Positions 17,347 to 27,003 of a DNA stretch of 39,754 nucleotides are shown piece after piece. The DNA comes from Kayfunavirus BDX03P1. The translations under genes were made by a program, and so were the position numbers. The notes below the pieces were generated by a model. It was given only the letters and a program-made list of their open reading frames with translations, had not been told where the DNA came from and did not search any database. The DNA lies in sequence record OZ035818.1; one strand, given 5' to 3'. How positions within the stretch are numbered: position 1 is the stretch's first letter; the number at the start of each line of letters is the position of its first letter.

Positions 17347-19505
17347 GTAACGTTTATGGCTCCGACATCGAGACCAACGGTCTCCTTGACACCGTGTCCC
17401 AGTTCCATTGTGGGGTCCTGATTAATGCCGAGTCGAATGAGACCCTTAAGTATGGGGTAGCGCCGATGGTCGGTATCGTCGGTGGCTTCAAAGAGTATGT
17501 ACAGAAGGTGGAAGAAATTGCTGCGACGCCTAAGGGTATGCTGGTCTTCCATAACGGTATCAACTACGACGTCCCGGCTATTGACAAGCTGAAACGTCTG
17601 TACTTTGGGAAACGCTTTAACTTCCCGAAACACAAGATGATTGATACCTTGGTTCTGGGCCGCTTGATGTATCCCAACATTAAGTTCTCAGACATGGGCG
17701 CGGTGAAAGCCGGTCGTCTGCCGCCTAAGCTGATGGGACGTCAGTCTCTTGAGGCTTGGGGCTATCGTCTCGGTGAGATGAAGGGTGAGTACAAACACGA
17801 TTACGTTGCCAAGTGCAAGGCCGAAGGTATCGAATATAAGTCTGGGGACGAATGGTTGTTCCCGTCTCAGGAGATGCTGGACTATAACGTTCAGGACGTT
17901 GTGGTCACACTGGCGTTGTTCAAGAAGTTCCTGACTGACAAGTATTACTTCCAGTCTGAACAGTTTGCTTTCGAACAGATTTATGCGTTGCGTCTGGAAC
18001 ATGATGCTGCGTGGACCTGTGCGAAGATGGAGCGTAACGGCTATCCGATGAACACCGAGATGGTCGAAGGCTTATATCGTGAACTCACTGTCAAACGTGC
18101 GGAGTTACTGGACAAGCTGCGCTCTACTTTCGGTAGCTGGTACGCACCAAAGGGAGGCAAGGAGTTCTTCAGGCATCCACGGACAGGTAAGGACCTTCAG
18201 AAGTATCCGAGAGTCGTGTATCCTAAGGTCGGTGGCATCTTTAAGAAGCCGAAGAACAAAGCTCAACGCTTAGGTCTTGAACCTTGTGAACGCGACACGC
18301 GAGACACGATGGAGGGAGCACCATTCACGCCAATCACTTACGTTGAGTTTAATCCGGGAAGCGGAGACCACTTAGCGAAAGTCCTGATGGAGCGTGGCTG
18401 GGAGCCTGTTGACTTCACTGACACCGGGAAACCTGTAGTCGATGACGAGACGTTAGAACACGTTAAGTTACCAGACGCAGAGGCACAGGCTTGCGTAGAG
18501 CTGGTCCGTGAGTATCTGGTGGTCCAGAAGCGCATCGGTCAGGCGGCTGAAGGTAAGAACGCATGGTTGAAACTTGTAGGTCCAGACGGACGTATGCACG
18601 GTTCAATCAACCCATGTGGTGCAGTAACAGGACGTGCGACCCATAGTTCACCAAACATGGCTCAGGTCCCGGCTAACGGTGCTCCGTATGGTGAGACTTG
18701 CCGTGGTGCTTTCGGTGCAGCGTGGAACAAGAAGGACGGTAAGCCAGACCCTTGGATTCAAGTAGGCGTGGATGCTTCAGGTCTTGAGCTTCGTTGTCTG
18801 GGGAACCGAGCGGCTCCGTTTGATGGTGGCGACTATGCGAAGACTGTGGTCGAAGGTGACATCCACTGGGCCAACGCAGTCAACGCTGGGTTAGCACCTA
18901 ACGTCCCACGCGACAAGTCGAGCCATGACCACGATGCTTTCCGTAATAACGCCAAGACGTTCATCTATGCGTTCCTGTATGGTGCAGGGGCCGCGAAGAT
19001 TGGACTGATAGTTGGCGGTGGTAAGAAGGAAGGTGCTGCCCTGATGAAGAAATTCATTGAGGGTACACCAGCTATCAAGGATCTGCGAGAGGCTGTGCAA
19101 AACACGCTCATCTCAGAGTCGAAGTGGGTAGATGGTGAGAACATCGTGAAGTGGAAACGTCGCTGGCTGAAAGGTCTGGATGGTCGCCGCATTCACATCC
19201 GGTCGCCACACTCAGCACTTAACGCCCTACTTCAGGGTGATGGTGCGGTAGTCTGTAAGCACTGGATTGTCGAGACCGAGCGTATGCTCGAAGAGGCCGG
19301 GTATGTCCACGGCTGGGAAGGAGACTTCGCTTACATGGCTTGGGTTCACGATGAGCTACAGATTGCGTGTCGTACTCAGGAGATTGCCGAAGAAGTCGTC
19401 AAGATTGCTCAACTTGCTATGCGTAAGGTGGGTGAGTTCTATAACTTTAAATGTGTCCTTGATACCGAAGGTAAGATTGGACCAACTTGGAAGGAGTGTC
19501 ACTGA
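17337..19505 (+). CDS. DNA polymerase (T7 gp5-like, family A)
   Basis: 722 aa; colinear with T7 gp5 (VFHNGINYDVPA exo motif, GRATHSSPNMAQVP, FAYMAWVHDELQ). Confidence 0.95.
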   Translation: MDLSNVYGSDIETNGLLDTVSQFHCGVLINAESNETLKYGVAPMVGIVGGFKEYVQKVEEIAATPKGMLVFHNGINYDVPAIDKLKRLYFGKRFNFPKHKMIDTLVLGRLMYPNIKFSDMGAVKAGRLPPKLMGRQSLEAWGYRLGEMKGEYKHDYVAKCKAEGIEYKSGDEWLFPSQEMLDYNVQDVVVTLALFKKFLTDKYYFQSEQFAFEQIYALRLEHDAAWTCAKMERNGYPMNTEMVEGLYRELTVKRAELLDKLRSTFGSWYAPKGGKEFFRHPRTGKDLQKYPRVVYPKVGGIFKKPKNKAQRLGLEPCERDTRDTMEGAPFTPITYVEFNPGSGDHLAKVLMERGWEPVDFTDTGKPVVDDETLEHVKLPDAEAQACVELVREYLVVQKRIGQAAEGKNAWLKLVGPDGRMHGSINPCGAVTGRATHSSPNMAQVPANGAPYGETCRGAFGAAWNKKDGKPDPWIQVGVDASGLELRCLGNRAAPFDGGDYAKTVVEGDIHWANAVNAGLAPNVPRDKSSHDHDAFRNNAKTFIYAFLYGAGAAKIGLIVGGGKKEGAALMKKFIEGTPAIKDLREAVQNTLISESKWVDGENIVKWKRRWLKGLDGRRIHIRSPHSALNALLQGDGAVVCKHWIVETERMLEEAGYVHGWEGDFAYMAWVHDELQIACRTQEIAEEVVKIAQLAMRKVGEFYNFKCVLDTEGKIGPTWKECH

Positions 19506-19663
19506 TGAAGACTTACACCGAACAGGAGGTAAAAGACCTTATGCGTTCAGCTTGGTGGTGTGGACACGAGGAGTCTCGTTATAGTCCAAACCTCAGTGGC
19601 TCATGCAGCCGCGACGTTCGTGAAATTCTGAAAGACCATAACGAAGAAGAAGGAGAAAGCTAA
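19505..19663 (+). CDS. small hypothetical protein (gp5.3 position)
   Basis: 52-codon ORF, ATG overlaps DNAP stop. Confidence 0.35.
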   Translation: MKTYTEQEVKDLMRSAWWCGHEESRYSPNLSGSCSRDVREILKDHNEEEGES

Positions 19664-19947
19664 TGGCTATTACTAAACGCCTTACCTGTAAGTTTGACAT
19701 GAAGATTGTCTTTACGTCTGAGGACGTGGAGTCATACGCTCTTGAACTGGTGGAGATGACCAAGAGTTACGTCTCAGGTGTGAAGCAGGATGGTCTGACC
19801 CGTAAGCTGGTCGAGACTGCTGTAGAGCATGGGGTTGAAGCTGCCATTGAGCTGCACCTGAAGTCTGTTCTGGCGTCAAAGCTGAAAGACGATCTTCCGG
19901 AAGACGGTGCGACCCTCTCGAATATCAGCGTGGGGTTTAAACGATGA
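19663..19947 (+). CDS. gp5.5-like protein (T7 gp5.5 binds H-NS)
   Basis: 94 aa, position and loose similarity to T7 gp5.5. Confidence 0.55.
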   Translation: MAITKRLTCKFDMKIVFTSEDVESYALELVEMTKSYVSGVKQDGLTRKLVETAVEHGVEAAIELHLKSVLASKLKDDLPEDGATLSNISVGFKR

Positions 19948-20153
19948 GCGAATACCTGAGGGTCCTTGCGGCCCTTAAGTCCTGCCCGAAGACCTTTCAG
20001 TCAAACTACGTGCGTAACAATGCGGCACTGGTGGCTGAGGCTGCGAGTCGCGGACATCTGAGCTGTCTGTCTATGGACGGGCGTAACAACGGTGCTTGGG
20101 AGATTACCGCTGCTGGCACCAAGTTCCTAAATCAACACGGAGGCTGTCTATGA
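19944..20153 (+). CDS. gp5.7-like protein
   Basis: 69 aa; LKSCPKTFQSNYVRNNAALVAEAASRGH...GAWEITAAGTKFL nearly identical to T7 gp5.7. Confidence 0.8.
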   Translation: MSEYLRVLAALKSCPKTFQSNYVRNNAALVAEAASRGHLSCLSMDGRNNGAWEITAAGTKFLNQHGGCL

Positions 20154-21016
20154 GTGACAAGAAGATAGCTCTTGTTCTTGATGGTGATTACCTAGTGTTC
20201 TCATCTATGGCTGCGGCTGAGGATGAGACAGATTGGGGCGATGATATTTATACTCTGATTTGTGACCACGCCAAGGCTCGTCGTATCCTTGAGAACACCA
20301 TCGCTGAAATCGTTAAGAAGCGAAAGGCGTGGAAAGACGCTAAGATTGTGATGTGCTTCACCGATGACGTGAACTGGCGCAAGTCAATATTACCTACCTA
20401 TAAGGCCAACCGTAAAGGTTCTCGCAAGCCTGTAGGTTACAAGAAGTTCGTAGCAGAAGTGATGGCTGACCCACGGTTCAACAGCTTCCTGCGTCCTACG
20501 CTTGAGGGTGATGACTGTATGGGTATCATCGGGACACGACCTCAGATTGTAGGCTGTGATCATGCGGTTCTGGTATCCTGCGATAAGGACTTCAAGACCA
20601 TCCCGAACTGTGAGTTCTTCTGGTTAACCACTGGTGAAATTCTGAGTCATACGACTGCTGAGGCAGACTACTGGCACATGGAGCAGACCATCAAGGGTGA
20701 CACTACAGATGGCTATGGCGGGATTCCGGGGATGGGTGAGGATACCACTCGTGCGTTCCTTGACGAGCCGTACTACTTCGTGCAGGAGAGCCGTGAGCTT
20801 AAGACTGGTAAGAACAAAGGCCAGATTAAGACTGAGTGGAAGAAGTATCCAAAGCGTGACGACATGACGCTGTGGGACTGCATGGTGACTCTGGCTGCTA
20901 AAGCTGGGATGACCGAGGAGGAACTTCTGGTCCAAGCTCAGGTCGCTCGTATTTGCCGAGCCTCAGACTACGACCCTAAGTCCAAGGAGGTCATCCTGTG
21001 GACACCATCCATGTAA
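20150..21016 (+). CDS. 5'-3' exonuclease (T7 gp6-like)
   Basis: DGDYLVF, CDHAKAR, CDKDFKTIPNCEFFW, TIKGDTTDGYGGIPG match T7 gp6; start ATG 20150 overlaps gp5.7 stop. Confidence 0.9.
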   Translation: MSDKKIALVLDGDYLVFSSMAAAEDETDWGDDIYTLICDHAKARRILENTIAEIVKKRKAWKDAKIVMCFTDDVNWRKSILPTYKANRKGSRKPVGYKKFVAEVMADPRFNSFLRPTLEGDDCMGIIGTRPQIVGCDHAVLVSCDKDFKTIPNCEFFWLTTGEILSHTTAEADYWHMEQTIKGDTTDGYGGIPGMGEDTTRAFLDEPYYFVQESRELKTGKNKGQIKTEWKKYPKRDDMTLWDCMVTLAAKAGMTEEELLVQAQVARICRASDYDPKSKEVILWTPSM

Positions 21017-21142
21017 TTTACTGGGCCGGACTTCTGGCCCTTTACTGCATGTACAAGTGGTTCGGGTCGAACAACCGTCCTAAACACTGAGTCTAACCGA
21101 TAGTCATATCCTATCAATCCAACAGTCATCCATAGGTGAAAC

Positions 21143-21165
21143 ACTAAACTATCACTATAGGGACT
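21143..21165 (+). promoter_or_regulatory. phage RNAP promoter (phi6.5-like)
   Basis: cactaaactatcactatagggact. Confidence 0.65.
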
Positions 21166-21226
21166 TTAGGACCTAAGATATGACTATAAGATAGACTTTA
21201 GTCTTAACTTAAAGAGGAGATTCAAG

Positions 21227-21499
21227 ATGGCGCTTAATGCTATTGAAAACGTTGTTAAGCAATTACAGGAAGAAAGACTTGATGTCCCGAACATCTCCCA
21301 GTCTGCCATCCAGTTCCTGCACGTACTGTTCAACGCAAGCTACGCTGAGAAGATGGGAGCTATCAGTCTCCTCAAGCAGCAAGGCTACAGCGATGCGTTC
21401 ATTGCCGGGTTCATCAAGGGTCTCCAGTATTGTTCTGACACTCTCGACTCTGCGATTGCTATGCGTCGTGAGCTGAAAGATACCGTTCAGTTCGATTAA
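21227..21499 (+). CDS. hypothetical protein (gp6.5 position)
   Basis: 90-aa ORF with GGAG RBS. Confidence 0.5.
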   Translation: MALNAIENVVKQLQEERLDVPNISQSAIQFLHVLFNASYAEKMGAISLLKQQGYSDAFIAGFIKGLQYCSDTLDSAIAMRRELKDTVQFD

Positions 21500-21513
21500 C
21501 TGTAGGAGGGACT

Positions 21514-21738
21514 ATGTGTTTCAGTCCAAAGATTAGCACTCCGAAGCCTTCGGTCCAAGCACCTGAACCAGCACCTCTGAGTGAGGAAGTTGCGTCAGTT
21601 GACATCGGGGCCGAATCGGATGTAGACACCAACGAGACCAAAGGTATCAAAGACCTTAAGGTTAAGAAGGAGTCTGCACCCAAAGATAAATCGTCAGTGA
21701 GCCGCGCTATGCGAGCCTCTGGCGTAAACATGGGGTAA
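21514..21738 (+). CDS. gp6.7-like virion protein
   Basis: 74 aa; N-terminal MCFSPKI and EPAPL as in T7 gp6.7. Confidence 0.7.
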   Translation: MCFSPKISTPKPSVQAPEPAPLSEEVASVDIGAESDVDTNETKGIKDLKVKKESAPKDKSSVSRAMRASGVNMG

Positions 21739-21742
21739 GACA

Positions 21743-22147
21743 ATGCTACCATATCTCAACTCACGCGAAGGTCGCCACATGTGCGCTTGTCGCCTCTGGG
21801 AAGACGGGCAGTCTAACTTCAAGTCATTCGAGGACTTCAAGTCTCATACTTACCGTATGGCTGACGAGTTCGACGGTGAAGAGTACACAATCTACGATGT
21901 CTCAGGTCAACCAGTAGCGTATCTCTACATGCTGGCTACCGCATCTTGGCACCGACCGACTCCCGGTCTTGACCTTTCAATCGTCGCTATTCGTCGTGAC
22001 TCGCAGTCCTCCCGCAAGGTTCTTGAGACTGTCAGACACATCATAGGCGAAGAGTGCAAGCGTTGGGGTCTTGGCTGGTATTCTCGTGTCAAGCATGTTT
22101 CCGGGTCGGTAGACATCGTAACAACTAAGGAGATTAATCGTGGGTAA
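21743..22147 (+). CDS. gp7-like protein (by position)
   Basis: 134-aa ORF between gp6.7 and gp7.3. Confidence 0.5.
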   Translation: MLPYLNSREGRHMCACRLWEDGQSNFKSFEDFKSHTYRMADEFDGEEYTIYDVSGQPVAYLYMLATASWHRPTPGLDLSIVAIRRDSQSSRKVLETVRHIIGEECKRWGLGWYSRVKHVSGSVDIVTTKEINRG

Positions 22148-22394
22148 ATCAATCAGTAAGGCCTTCAAGAAAGTGGTGAAAAGTACGCTAGGGACCGTTG
22201 GTCTTGGCTCTGATGACGCGCCTAAGGTTGTTGAGGCTCAGACCCCAGCACCAGCAGCGCCAGTGGAAGTACCGAACGACAAAGTGGAGGATGTGGATAC
22301 TGAAGCAACCGCATCTGACGAGAAGAAAGTGAAGCGTTCCGGTAAGCGTAGCCTTCAGGTCTCTCGCACCTCTGGTGGCGGTATTTCTATTTAA
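22140..22394 (+). CDS. gp7.3-like tail/host-range protein
   Basis: GTG start; C-terminal SGKRSLQVSRTSGGGISI resembles T7 gp7.3. Confidence 0.7.
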   Translation: MGKSISKAFKKVVKSTLGTVGLGSDDAPKVVEAQTPAPAAPVEVPNDKVEDVDTEATASDEKKVKRSGKRSLQVSRTSGGGISI

Positions 22395-22405
22395 GGAGGT
22401 GACGA

Positions 22406-23974
22406 ATGGCTGAACGTGAAGGGTTCGCTGCTGAAGGAGCCAAAGCGGTCTATGACCGACTGAAGAACGGTAGACAGCCATATGAGACACGCGCTCAGAA
22501 CTGTGCTGCTGTCACTATCCCGTCACTGTTTCCTAAGGAGTCCGACAACTCGTCTACTGAGTACACCACTCCGTGGCAAGCTGTTGGTGCTCGCTGCTTG
22601 AACAACTTGGCTGCAAAGCTGATGTTGGCATTATTCCCTCAGTCACCGTGGATGCGACTGACAGTCTCCGAATATGAGGCAAAGACCTTGAGTCAGGACT
22701 CAGAGGCGGCTGCTCGTGTTGACGAAGGGCTGGCTATGGTCGAGCGTGTGTTGATGGCTTACATGGAGACTAACAGTTTCCGCGTCCCATTATTCGAGGC
22801 GCTGAAGCAGCTTATCGTATCAGGTAACTGCCTGCTCTACATCCCTCCTCCAGAACAAGGAACCTACAGTCCGATGCGGATGTATCGCTTAGTGTCCTAC
22901 GTTGTCCAACGTGATGCGTTCGGTAACATCTTGCAGATTGTGACTCTCGACAAGGTAGCGTTTAGTGCTCTACCGGAAGACGTGAAGTCTCAACTCAACG
23001 CAGACGATTATGAGCCTGACACCGAGCTTGAAGTGTATACGCACATCTACCGTCAGGACGACGAGTATCTGCGCTACGAGGAAGTGGAAGGCATTGAGGT
23101 TACAGGGACCGATGGTTCCTACCCGCTGACTGCATGTCCATACATCCCGGTACGAATGGTTCGACTGGATGGTGAAGACTACGGTCGTTCTTACTGCGAG
23201 GAGTATCTGGGAGACCTCAACTCGCTGGAGACGATTACAGAAGCTATCACCAAAATGGCTAAGGTAGCCTCCAAGGTGGTGGGCCTCGTTAACCCGAACG
23301 GTATCACGCAACCTCGACGTCTGAACAAGGCGGCTACAGGTGAGTTCGTGGCGGGTCGCGTTGAGGACATCAACTTCCTGCAACTGACGAAAGGTCAGGA
23401 CTTTACGATTGCTAAGTCGGTGGCTGACGCTATCGAGCAACGTTTAGGTTGGGCCTTCCTTCTTAATAGTGCTGTTCAGCGTAATGCCGAGCGTGTCACT
23501 GCTGAAGAGATTCGTTATGTTGCTGGCGAACTGGAGGCGACCTTAGGTGGCGTGTACTCAGTGCAGTCACAAGAGCTTCAGTTACCTATAGTCCGTGTGC
23601 TGATGAACCAACTTCAGTCTGCTGGCATGATTCCTGACCTTCCGAAAGAAGCGGTAGAGCCTACGGTCTCCACTGGTCTGGAAGCGTTAGGTCGTGGTCA
23701 AGACTTAGAGAAGCTGACTCAGGCAGTCAACATGATGACCGGGCTACAGCCTCTGCAGCAGGACCCAGACATTAACTTGCCGACCCTGAAGCTGCGACTG
23801 CTGAATGCCTTAGGTATTGACACTGCTGGCTTGCTGCTGACCCAGGACGAGAAGTTGCAACGTATGGCTGAACAATCCGCTCAAGGAGCTGTGGTCAACG
23901 GTGCGTCTGCTGCTGGTGCCAACATGGGTGCTGCTGTAGGTCAAGGAGCTGGTGAGGACATGGCTCAAGCCTAA
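22406..23974 (+). CDS. head-to-tail connector / portal protein (T7 gp8-like)
   Basis: 522 aa; extensive colinearity with T7 gp8 (PYETRAQNCA, YRLVSYVVQRDAFGNILQIVT, RYVAGELEATLGGVYS). Confidence 0.95.
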   Translation: MAEREGFAAEGAKAVYDRLKNGRQPYETRAQNCAAVTIPSLFPKESDNSSTEYTTPWQAVGARCLNNLAAKLMLALFPQSPWMRLTVSEYEAKTLSQDSEAAARVDEGLAMVERVLMAYMETNSFRVPLFEALKQLIVSGNCLLYIPPPEQGTYSPMRMYRLVSYVVQRDAFGNILQIVTLDKVAFSALPEDVKSQLNADDYEPDTELEVYTHIYRQDDEYLRYEEVEGIEVTGTDGSYPLTACPYIPVRMVRLDGEDYGRSYCEEYLGDLNSLETITEAITKMAKVASKVVGLVNPNGITQPRRLNKAATGEFVAGRVEDINFLQLTKGQDFTIAKSVADAIEQRLGWAFLLNSAVQRNAERVTAEEIRYVAGELEATLGGVYSVQSQELQLPIVRVLMNQLQSAGMIPDLPKEAVEPTVSTGLEALGRGQDLEKLTQAVNMMTGLQPLQQDPDINLPTLKLRLLNALGIDTAGLLLTQDEKLQRMAEQSAQGAVVNGASAAGANMGAAVGQGAGEDMAQA

Positions 23975-23992
23975 ACTATCACTATAGGAACA
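23970..23992 (+). promoter_or_regulatory. phage RNAP promoter (phi9-like)
   Basis: cctaaactatcactataggaaca. Confidence 0.65.
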
Positions 23993-24089
23993 CCGAAAGT
24001 AAGAGCGACTAAGCCGACCATATGGTAGCCGTTAGTCCCAAACTGCAAGTAGGTGTTTACCTATTAACGACTTAAAGGAGAACGACTCA

Positions 24090-24974
24090 ATGTCTCAATC
24101 AGTTTATGCCGAGTTCGGCGTTAGCTCTAATGCAATCACTGGTTCCGTTGAGGACCTGAACGAACACCAGAAGTCTATGCTTGAACAGGACGTAGCAGTT
24201 CGTGATGGTGACGACGCTATTACCTTCAAGCAACTGGAAGCCGAAAACGAAGAGGCGACCGAAGAAGACGATAACGTCGAAGAGGCTGAAGGTGAAGAAG
24301 ACCACGAGTCAGATGACGAAGAGTCTGAGACCGATGGTGAGCAGCCTGAGTTCATCGAACTGGGTGATGCACCTAAAGAGCTGACCGAAAGTGTCACCGC
24401 TCTGGATGAAAACGAAGCTGCATTCGACGACATGGTGTCTTCTGCTGTGAAAGCTGGCAAGGTCACTGCTGATGAAATTACCGCTATCAAGGCTGAATAC
24501 GCCAAGGACGGTAAGCTGTCTGACGCATCCTACGCTAAGTTGCAGGAAGCAGGTTACACCAAGCGTTTCGTAGATTCGTTTGTCCGTGGTCAGGAAGCTC
24601 TGGCTGAACAGTATGCTGCTGGTGTGGTTCGCTACGCTGGTGGAGCTGAACAGTTTAATCGCATCCTGTCCCACCTTGAGTCAACAGATCCGTCAACTCG
24701 TGAAGCACTTGAAGCTGCTATCGTTCGTAAGGACATTGCGACTACCAAAGCTCTGCTGAATCTGGCTGGCAAGACTCTGGGTAAAGCTGTAGGCGTTAAA
24801 CCTCAGCGTACCATCACCACTCAGGCTAAACCTGTGGTAGCTCCTAAGGCTCCTAAGACCGAAGCATTCAGCTCCAAGGCTGACATGATTAAGGCTATGA
24901 GTGACCCGCGATACCTGCGTGACGCTAAGTACACGATGGAAGTTCGCGCTAAGGTAGCTGCATCTAGCCTGTAG
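24090..24974 (+). CDS. capsid assembly / scaffolding protein (T7 gp9-like)
   Basis: 294 aa, highly acidic N-terminal half, position before capsid gene. Confidence 0.85.
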   Translation: MSQSVYAEFGVSSNAITGSVEDLNEHQKSMLEQDVAVRDGDDAITFKQLEAENEEATEEDDNVEEAEGEEDHESDDEESETDGEQPEFIELGDAPKELTESVTALDENEAAFDDMVSSAVKAGKVTADEITAIKAEYAKDGKLSDASYAKLQEAGYTKRFVDSFVRGQEALAEQYAAGVVRYAGGAEQFNRILSHLESTDPSTREALEAAIVRKDIATTKALLNLAGKTLGKAVGVKPQRTITTQAKPVVAPKAPKTEAFSSKADMIKAMSDPRYLRDAKYTMEVRAKVAASSL

Positions 24975-24975
24975 G

Positions 24976-24998
24976 ACTAAACTATCACTATAGGGAGA
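24976..24998 (+). promoter_or_regulatory. phage RNAP promoter (phi10-like, strongest consensus with GGGAGA start)
   Basis: ctaaactatcactatagggagacc; long leader with strong RBS aggaga before capsid ATG. Confidence 0.7.
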
Positions 24999-25100
24999 CC
25001 AAGAGACAGACTCAAGGTTTCCCTATTACTTCAGTCCATACGGATTGGGCGTACAGTAAGTAATAAACTTTATCTTTCAATTGAATAGGAGAATTATCAT

Positions 25101-26144
25101 ATGGCAAACGTTCCGGGTCAGAAAATTGGTACAGACCAAGGTAAAGGCAAATCTAGTTCCGACGCTCTGGCGTTGTTCCTGAAGGTCTTTGCTGGTGAAG
25201 TCCTGACCGCATTCACTCGCCGCTCTGTAACGGCTGACAAGCATATTGTCCGTACCATTCAGAACGGTAAGTCTGCTCAGTTCCCGGTAATGGGTCGCAC
25301 CTCTGGTGTGTATCTTGCTCCCGGTGAGCGACTGTCCGATAAGCGCAAAGGCATCAAACATACCGAGAAAGTGATTACCATTGATGGTCTGCTGACTGCC
25401 GATGTGATGATTTTCGATATTGAAGACGCTATGAACCACTATGACGTGGCTGGCGAGTATTCCAACCAGCTAGGTGAAGCTCTGGCTATCGCTGCCGATG
25501 GTGCGGTATTAGCTGAAACGGCTATCCTGTGCAACCTTCCGGCTGCATCCAACGAGAACATTGCTGGTCTAGGCACTGCCTCCGTACTGGAAGTTGGTAA
25601 GAAAGCTGACCTAGACACTCCCGCTAAGCTGGGTGAAGCAATCATCGGTCAACTGACTATCGCCCGTGCTAAGCTGACTTCAAACTACGTGCCTGCTGGC
25701 GACCGTTACTTCTACACCACTCCGGACAACTACTCCGCTATTCTGGCGGCTCTGATGCCTAACGCTGCTAACTACGCTGCGCTAATTGATCCTGAAACTG
25801 GTAACATCCGTAACGTAATGGGCTTTGTGGTTGTTGAAGTTCCACACCTGACTCAGGGCGGTGCTGGTGAAACTCGTGGTGCTGATGGTATCACTATTGC
25901 GGCTGGTCAGAAGCACGCCTTCCCAGCTACCGCTACTGGTGATGTTAAAGTTGCTCTTGACAACGTTGTGGGCCTGTTCTCTCACCGTTCTGCTGTGGGT
26001 ACCGTTAAACTGCGTGACTTGGCGCTGGAACGTGACCGTGACGTCGATGCTCAGGGCGACCTGATTGTTGGTAAGTACGCTATGGGTCACGGTGGTCTGC
26101 GTCCTGAAGCAGCTGGCGCACTGGTTTTCAGTCCAGCGGCGTAA
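25101..26144 (+). CDS. major capsid protein (T7 gp10A-like)
   Basis: 347 aa; colinear with T7 gp10A (LALFLKVF, KVITIDGLLTADV, ALMPNAANYAALIDPE, GTVKLRDLALER). Confidence 0.95.
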   Translation: MANVPGQKIGTDQGKGKSSSDALALFLKVFAGEVLTAFTRRSVTADKHIVRTIQNGKSAQFPVMGRTSGVYLAPGERLSDKRKGIKHTEKVITIDGLLTADVMIFDIEDAMNHYDVAGEYSNQLGEALAIAADGAVLAETAILCNLPAASNENIAGLGTASVLEVGKKADLDTPAKLGEAIIGQLTIARAKLTSNYVPAGDRYFYTTPDNYSAILAALMPNAANYAALIDPETGNIRNVMGFVVVEVPHLTQGGAGETRGADGITIAAGQKHAFPATATGDVKVALDNVVGLFSHRSAVGTVKLRDLALERDRDVDAQGDLIVGKYAMGHGGLRPEAAGALVFSPAA

Positions 26145-26275
26145 GCACCTTTAGCCAACCTAACGTCGCTACAGTAGCGGCTGCACCTGAAGAGGAGACT
26201 CTAAGTCCTCAACAGAAAGCTGCGCGTACTCGTGCTGCGAACAGGGCCGCTAAACTGGCTGAGTCCAACAACTAA
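25101..26275 (+). CDS. minor capsid protein 10B-like, predicted -1 frameshift product
   Basis: Slippery GGTTTTC (codons LVF) about 15 nt before the 10A stop; the -1 frame is open for about 46 further codons to a stop just before the Tphi-like terminator; 3' end approximate. Confidence 0.45.
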
Positions 26276-26278
26276 TTG

Positions 26279-26318
26279 AAACCCCTTGGGTGCCTTCGGG
26301 TGCTTGAGGGGTTTTTTG
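26279..26318 (+). terminator. Tphi-like transcription terminator
   Basis: aaccccttgggtgccttcgggtgcttgaggggttttttg: GC-rich hairpin plus U-run, close to T7 Tphi. Confidence 0.75.
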
Positions 26319-26335
26319 CTTAAGTAGGAGGAACT

Positions 26336-26425
26336 ATGTTCCTTATTTACACATGGTTAGCACTATTCGTCTTATTCTGGGCGTACCTGCTGCCCAGCTC
26401 ACCGTCTAGCCTATATGACCGTTAA
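26336..26425 (+). CDS. small hydrophobic peptide (29 aa), hypothetical
   Basis: AGGAGG RBS 6 nt upstream; MFLIYTWLALFVLFWAYLLPSSPSSLYDR; between terminator and gp11. Confidence 0.3.
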   Translation: MFLIYTWLALFVLFWAYLLPSSPSSLYDR

Positions 26426-26436
26426 GGAGTAAACCT

Positions 26437-27003
26437 ATGTCTCAATACATTCCACTGAATGCTAACGATGACTTAGATGCCATCAACGATATGTTAGCTG
26501 CTATCGGTGAACCAGCAGTACTACAGCTTGACGAAGGTAACGCTGACGTCTCGAATGCTCAACGTATCCTGCATCGTGTCAATCGTCAGGTCCAAGCTAA
26601 AGGATGGAACTTTAACATTAACGAAGCTGCTGTCCTGACACCTGATGTCCAAGACAACAGGATTCGATTCCTACCGTCATACCTTCGTGTAATGACTGCC
26701 GGGGCCACCAGCTACTACAGCAACATGGGTGGATACCTGTACGACCTGTCCACTCAGTCAACCACTTTCACCGACCCTATAACGGTAGAGCTTGTTGAGA
26801 TGAAACCATTCGCTGAGATGCCAGTGGTCTTCAGGGACTACATCGTTACCAAGGCTAGCCGTGAGTTCAACGCTAAGTTCTTCGGTAGCCCAGAGTCTGA
26901 ACTGTACCTTCGTGAGCAGGAAGCAGAACTCTATCAGCAGGTCATGGAATACGAGATGGATACTGGTCGCTACAACATGATGTCCGACATCGGGAGGGAC
27001 TAA
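26437..27003 (+). CDS. tail tubular protein A (T7 gp11-like)
   Basis: 188 aa; LAAIGEPAV, RILHRVNRQVQAKGWNFNI, YIVTKASREFNAKFFGSPE match T7 gp11. Confidence 0.85.
   Translation: MSQYIPLNANDDLDAINDMLAAIGEPAVLQLDEGNADVSNAQRILHRVNRQVQAKGWNFNINEAAVLTPDVQDNRIRFLPSYLRVMTAGATSYYSNMGGYLYDLSTQSTTFTDPITVELVEMKPFAEMPVVFRDYIVTKASREFNAKFFGSPESELYLREQEAELYQQVMEYEMDTGRYNMMSDIGRD

Noticed and set aside
21016-21095. Possible gp6.3-like tiny hydrophobic ORF after the exonuclease gene (…IYWAGLLALYCMYKWFGSNNRPKH)
   Set aside because: No canonical start codon in frame at the expected position; would require a non-standard start or coupling.
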